Shown here piece after piece: positions 60,638 through 64,000 of a stretch of DNA of 64,000 nucleotides. Positions within the stretch are counted from its first letter, which is position 1. Every line of letters begins with the position of its first letter. The DNA is taken from positions 672,001 to 736,000 of the forward strand of contig CAWBZI010000001.1 in assembly GCA_963793265.1 (NCBI GenBank). The letters are read 5' to 3'. The notes below the pieces were generated by a model. That model worked only from the letters and a program-made list of their open reading frames with translations. It was not told the DNA's origin and made no database searches. Made by a program: the position numbers and the translations under genes. This DNA comes from an uncultured cyanobacterium. GTDB taxonomy: Bacteria; Cyanobacteriota; Cyanobacteriia; Phormidesmidales; Phormidesmidaceae.

Positions 60638-63600
60638 TTAACGAGTAACTGCGCCTAACTGTTCTAGGGTTGATATTTCAGACGTAGTGAGTCCAATAAC
60701 ACCTGTAATATCCATTCCTTCGTAAGGTTCTTTGTTTTTAAGCGTTTTCAGGCAGTTTCCTGTTTCTACCGACCATAGCTTAATAGTTTTGTCGTCACTA
60801 CCGCTTGCTAGCTGCTGTCCGTTAGGGCTAAAGGCTACTGACCATACGCTGTTGGAGTGCCCAGTTAGCGCGTGCACCAGCTCGCCGCTGCTAGCGTCCC
60901 AAAGCCTTACCGTGTGGTCAGCACTGCCGCTAGCAATCCACCGCCCGTCGGGACTAATCGCTACCGACATTACCCAGTTTTCATGGCCTGTTAATATCTG
61001 TTGGCATTCACCGCTGCTAACGTTCCAAAGTCTGATGGTTTGATCGATACCGCTGCTGGCTAAAAAGTCTCCTTCAGGAGAAAAAGCAATACACCAAAGC
61101 CCGCTGGTGTGGCCCTGCCAAGTTTCTAAACACTCGCCTGTGCCTAAATCCCAAAGCTTGATGGTGCGATCGTACGAACCACTGGCCAAAAGATTTCGTT
61201 GGGGATGATACGCCACCGAACAAACCCAGTGTTCGTGCCCGGTTAGCGTTTGGCGGCATCGCTTTGTCTTAATGTCCCAAAGCTTGATGCTTTGATCGGC
61301 GCTGCCGCTCGCCAACGTGTTGCCTTTAGGATCAAAGGCCACTGACCAAATCGCCTTGGTGTGCCCGGCTAGCTGATACGTTGTGCGCGCATGAGTGATT
61401 CCAGTGGAAGTGTCCCACAAATTCACTTTGCCATCTTCGTTGCCACTGGCAACCCAGCGGTCATCTGGGCTAAAGGCTACTGACCAGATTGCTTTTTGCG
61501 CGCCTGATAGAGTTTCTAAAGGCGCTTGAGTGTTGGTATCCCATAGATGAACGAGGCGATCGCCCTGCCCGCTTGCCAGCGTTTTACCATCGGCACTAAA
61601 GGCCACAGACCACACCCAATTACTGCTGCCCTGCAACGATTTTAGACACCGGCCGCTGCTCAAATCCCACAGCCGCAGGGTTCTATCTTCACTACCGCTC
61701 GTAAGATAGCGGCCATCAGGACTAAAGGCCACTGACCACACCCAGTTGCTATGCCCTGTCAGCACTCGCAGGCACTGGCCCTTTTTCACGGCCCACAGCC
61801 GCACCGTCTGATCGGCGCTACCGCTCGCCAGCGTTTTGCCATCCGGGCTAAAGGCTACCATCCACACCCAGTTATGATGACCACTTAAAACCTGCTGACA
61901 GTCGCCGGTATCCATCGCCCACAGCCGCACTGTCTGATCGGCGCTACCGCTCGCCAGCGTTTTACCATCGGGGCTAAAAGCGATTGACCACACGCCATGC
62001 TCGTGACCTTTGAGCGATCGCACACACTCCCCAGTCCTCACATCCCACAGCCTTATCGTTCGATCGGCACTCGCACTGGCCAGCGTTTTACCATCTGGGC
62101 TAAAAGCCACTGACCACACACCATGCTTATGCCCCTCTAAGGTCTGCAAGCACTCGCCCGTCTTCACATCCCAAAGCTTTATTGTCCGATCCGCGCTACC
62201 ACTTGCCAGCAGCTTACCATCAGGGCTAAACACCACCGACATCACCCAGTTACCATGCCCTGCAAAGGTTTGTAGGCATTCGCTCGTCTCCACGTCCCAA
62301 AGCTTAATCATGCGGTCGGCGCTACCGCTGAGTAGGCGTTTGCCATCTGAGCTGAAGGCGATCGCGCACACCCAGTTTTCGTGCCCCTTCAGCGTAGAAA
62401 CATGCGTACCTATATCTCTAGAACCTCGCGCCGCCGACAGCGCCGTTTGCCAAAGCCAAATCTCGCAGTTCGTATCGCCAGTAGCCAGAATATTGCCTGC
62501 TGAATCGTCTCCCAGAGCAGATGCCGGGCTAAATGCCATCGTGCGAATGCTGCCGAAAGGCTGATTAAAAACAGAATTAGAGAGATCTGAACTGGCAAAG
62601 TTAACATCGTGTAAATTTAGACCCTGAAGGCAGGCTTGCCAAATGGTCAGTTCAGAGAAATCATAGCCCTGTAAGTCAACATTTAAATGTCGCAGAATGG
62701 CTAGAACATTACCGCCGATGTAGCCGCTCTCTGTTGCAGGCTGATTTCGCTCGCGGGCGAGACTTTCCATTAAAGTCGCTGCCAAAATATCAGCGTCAGG
62801 CTGCTCTACTAGCAGTCGGTTTATCACGGGCTGTAAAATCAGTCTTGTTTGAGCCTGAACAATATAGTCACTGCTGCTAGCTTTAACCAATGCATGAGAG
62901 TGAAACAGCTCTTTTTGACCAAAAGCTTCTCGGCAAAATCGTACGACTATTTCGCCTGTAAAATAGTCCATAATCACCGCTTGCTGAGTAATTTTAGACT
63001 TCTTTTTCTCTATGAGAGATCGACGTTCTAAAGAATCTATCGCCTGTAGAACCTCGTCCAGAGAGACTGTTTTAACTAAGTCGGCTTGAAGCGTTTGCCA
63101 GGTAACCGGCTCCCGATTGATCGCTAGCCAATACATTATCTCTTCTTCTAACGGCGTCAGGCGGCTAATCTGCCGCACAAGTAGCTGTTTGATATCACCC
63201 AGAACAAGAGACTCTTGCTGAACGGCTTCTAAAAAGTCACAGAGACTGCCGTCAAAATAGTCTCTCACAGCAGACGCAATCATTTTGAGCGCTAGCGGAT
63301 TACCGCTATAAGCCTGAATCAACGTCTCCCATTCACTCGCAGAGCCCTTAAACTCTGCGGTCGCTTGCAGCAGAGCGCGACCATCAGACTCGGGTAGCCC
63401 TGAAAGCTGAAAACATCGCGTAGGCAGCGTATCTCCTGACTGAATTTTGATCGCTTTAGGCAGTTCGCGGGTGGTAATAAGCAAACAGCTATTGTGTGAG
63501 GTTTCTCCGATGGTCTTAAACAGATGACCGTAGCCTTCGTAGCCTTCGCGGTAGGTACCGGCAGGATGCCGCCGCGAGGGTGAAGCCATTTCTTCAAAAA

Positions 63601-64000
63601 GAGATTCCACATTGTCCAACACAATCAGACAGCGGTGGTTACGCATACAGGTTACGAGCTGCCGTAGCTGCGCATCTGGTGTATCAGTAGCCTCAGTTCT
63701 CGGCAGGCTAATCTCGGGCTGCGCTTGAAAAAAAGTGAGCAGGTTCGTTGTTATTTCTTCTATGGGCGGTGCATTCTTTAAGCTTCGCCAAATCAAGTAG
63801 TCAAACTGATCTTCAATCGCATGAGCCAGCTTGGCGGTGAGCGTTGTTTTGCCCATGCCGCCAAGGCCGCAGAGCGCAACTAATCGGATGCGATCGCGGA
63901 CAATCCAGTCGTTTAGTGTCTTCAGCTCTGACTGGCGACCGTAAAATATTGAAACGTCTACGGCGTTGCCCCAGTCTTGGGGGGTTGGGGAGTTGGGGGC
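60638..64000 (-). CDS. NB-ARC/NACHT (STAND) NTPase with pentapeptide segment and about 14 WD40 repeats; N-terminus outside the window
   Basis: Frame is open to base 64000 ([19 protein letters not shown]...), Walker A '[10 protein letters not shown]', Walker B 'LIVLDNVE', 'GNPLAL', 'AFSPDG...LASGSAD.T.RLWD' repeats, C-terminal '[10 protein letters not shown]'. Confidence 0.93.
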   Translation of the reverse strand, partial: APNSPTPQDWGNAVDVSIFYGRQSELKTLNDWIVRDRIRLVALCGLGGMGKTTLTAKLAHAIEDQFDYLIWRSLKNAPPIEEITTNLLTFFQAQPEISLPRTEATDTPDAQLRQLVTCMRNHRCLIVLDNVESLFEEMASPSRRHPAGTYREGYEGYGHLFKTIGETSHNSCLLITTRELPKAIKIQSGDTLPTRCFQLSGLPESDGRALLQATAEFKGSASEWETLIQAYSGNPLALKMIASAVRDYFDGSLCDFLEAVQQESLVLGDIKQLLVRQISRLTPLEEEIMYWLAINREPVTWQTLQADLVKTVSLDEVLQAIDSLERRSLIEKKKSKITQQAVIMDYFTGEIVVRFCREAFGQKELFHSHALVKASSSDYIVQAQTRLILQPVINRLLVEQPDADILAATLMESLARERNQPATESGYIGGNVLAILRHLNVDLQGYDFSELTIWQACLQGLNLHDVNFASSDLSNSVFNQPFGSIRTMAFSPASALGDDSAGNILATGDTNCEIWLWQTALSAARGSRDIGTHVSTLKGHENWVCAIAFSSDGKRLLSGSADRMIKLWDVETSECLQTFAGHGNWVMSVVFSPDGKLLASGSADRTIKLWDVKTGECLQTLEGHKHGVWSVAFSPDGKTLASASADRTIRLWDVRTGECVRSLKGHEHGVWSIAFSPDGKTLASGSADQTVRLWAMDTGDCQQVLSGHHNWVWMVAFSPDGKTLASGSADQTVRLWAVKKGQCLRVLTGHSNWVWSVAFSPDGRYLTSGSEDRTLRLWDLSSGRCLKSLQGSSNWVWSVAFSADGKTLASGQGDRLVHLWDTNTQAPLETLSGAQKAIWSVAFSPDDRWVASGNEDGKVNLWDTSTGITHARTTYQLAGHTKAIWSVAFDPKGNTLASGSADQSIKLWDIKTKRCRQTLTGHEHWVCSVAYHPQRNLLASGSYDRTIKLWDLGTGECLETWQGHTSGLWCIAFSPEGDFLASSGIDQTIRLWNVSSGECQQILTGHENWVMSVAISPDGRWIASGSADHTVRLWDASSGELVHALTGHSNSVWSVAFSPNGQQLASGSDDKTIKLWSVETGNCLKTLKNKEPYEGMDITGVIGLTTSEISTLEQLGAVTR

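Overview
Cyanobacterial chromosomal core region. The evidence is petB/petD, ctpA, ycf20/ycf23/ycf37-type genes, a CRR7 homologue and dense HIP1 (GCGATCGC) octamers; a Leptolyngbya/Phormidesmis/Synechococcus PCC 7335-like lineage is my inference. It holds about 55 mostly housekeeping CDSs (sir, menG, pyrE, rpmI-rplT, eda, gmd, thrC, msrA, serS-rseP-nth-rpsN, aat, tatC, rodZ, slt, pepA, pgm), one CAT-anticodon tRNA (probably Ile2) and many intrinsic terminators. An NB-ARC/WD40 (STAND) gene is cut by the right edge. I saw no transposase, integrase, phage gene, CRISPR array or rRNA. The most notable observations are: (1) a DnaA-box cluster away from any dnaA/dnaN gene, upstream of a small RHH-like DUF2811 gene; (2) a ribbon-helix-helix-like C-terminal extension on sulfite reductase, plus an Rrf2/IscR-like inverted repeat in its promoter; (3) three single-base (+1) frameshifts, two in genes expected to be indispensable and most likely assembly errors; (4) near-identical WD40 repeat DNA in the STAND protein, with a membrane-protein gene directly downstream; (5) a GTAG-type REP-like palindrome. 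I cannot establish a clearly new system from sequence alone. All product calls come from motif recognition, with no database searches.
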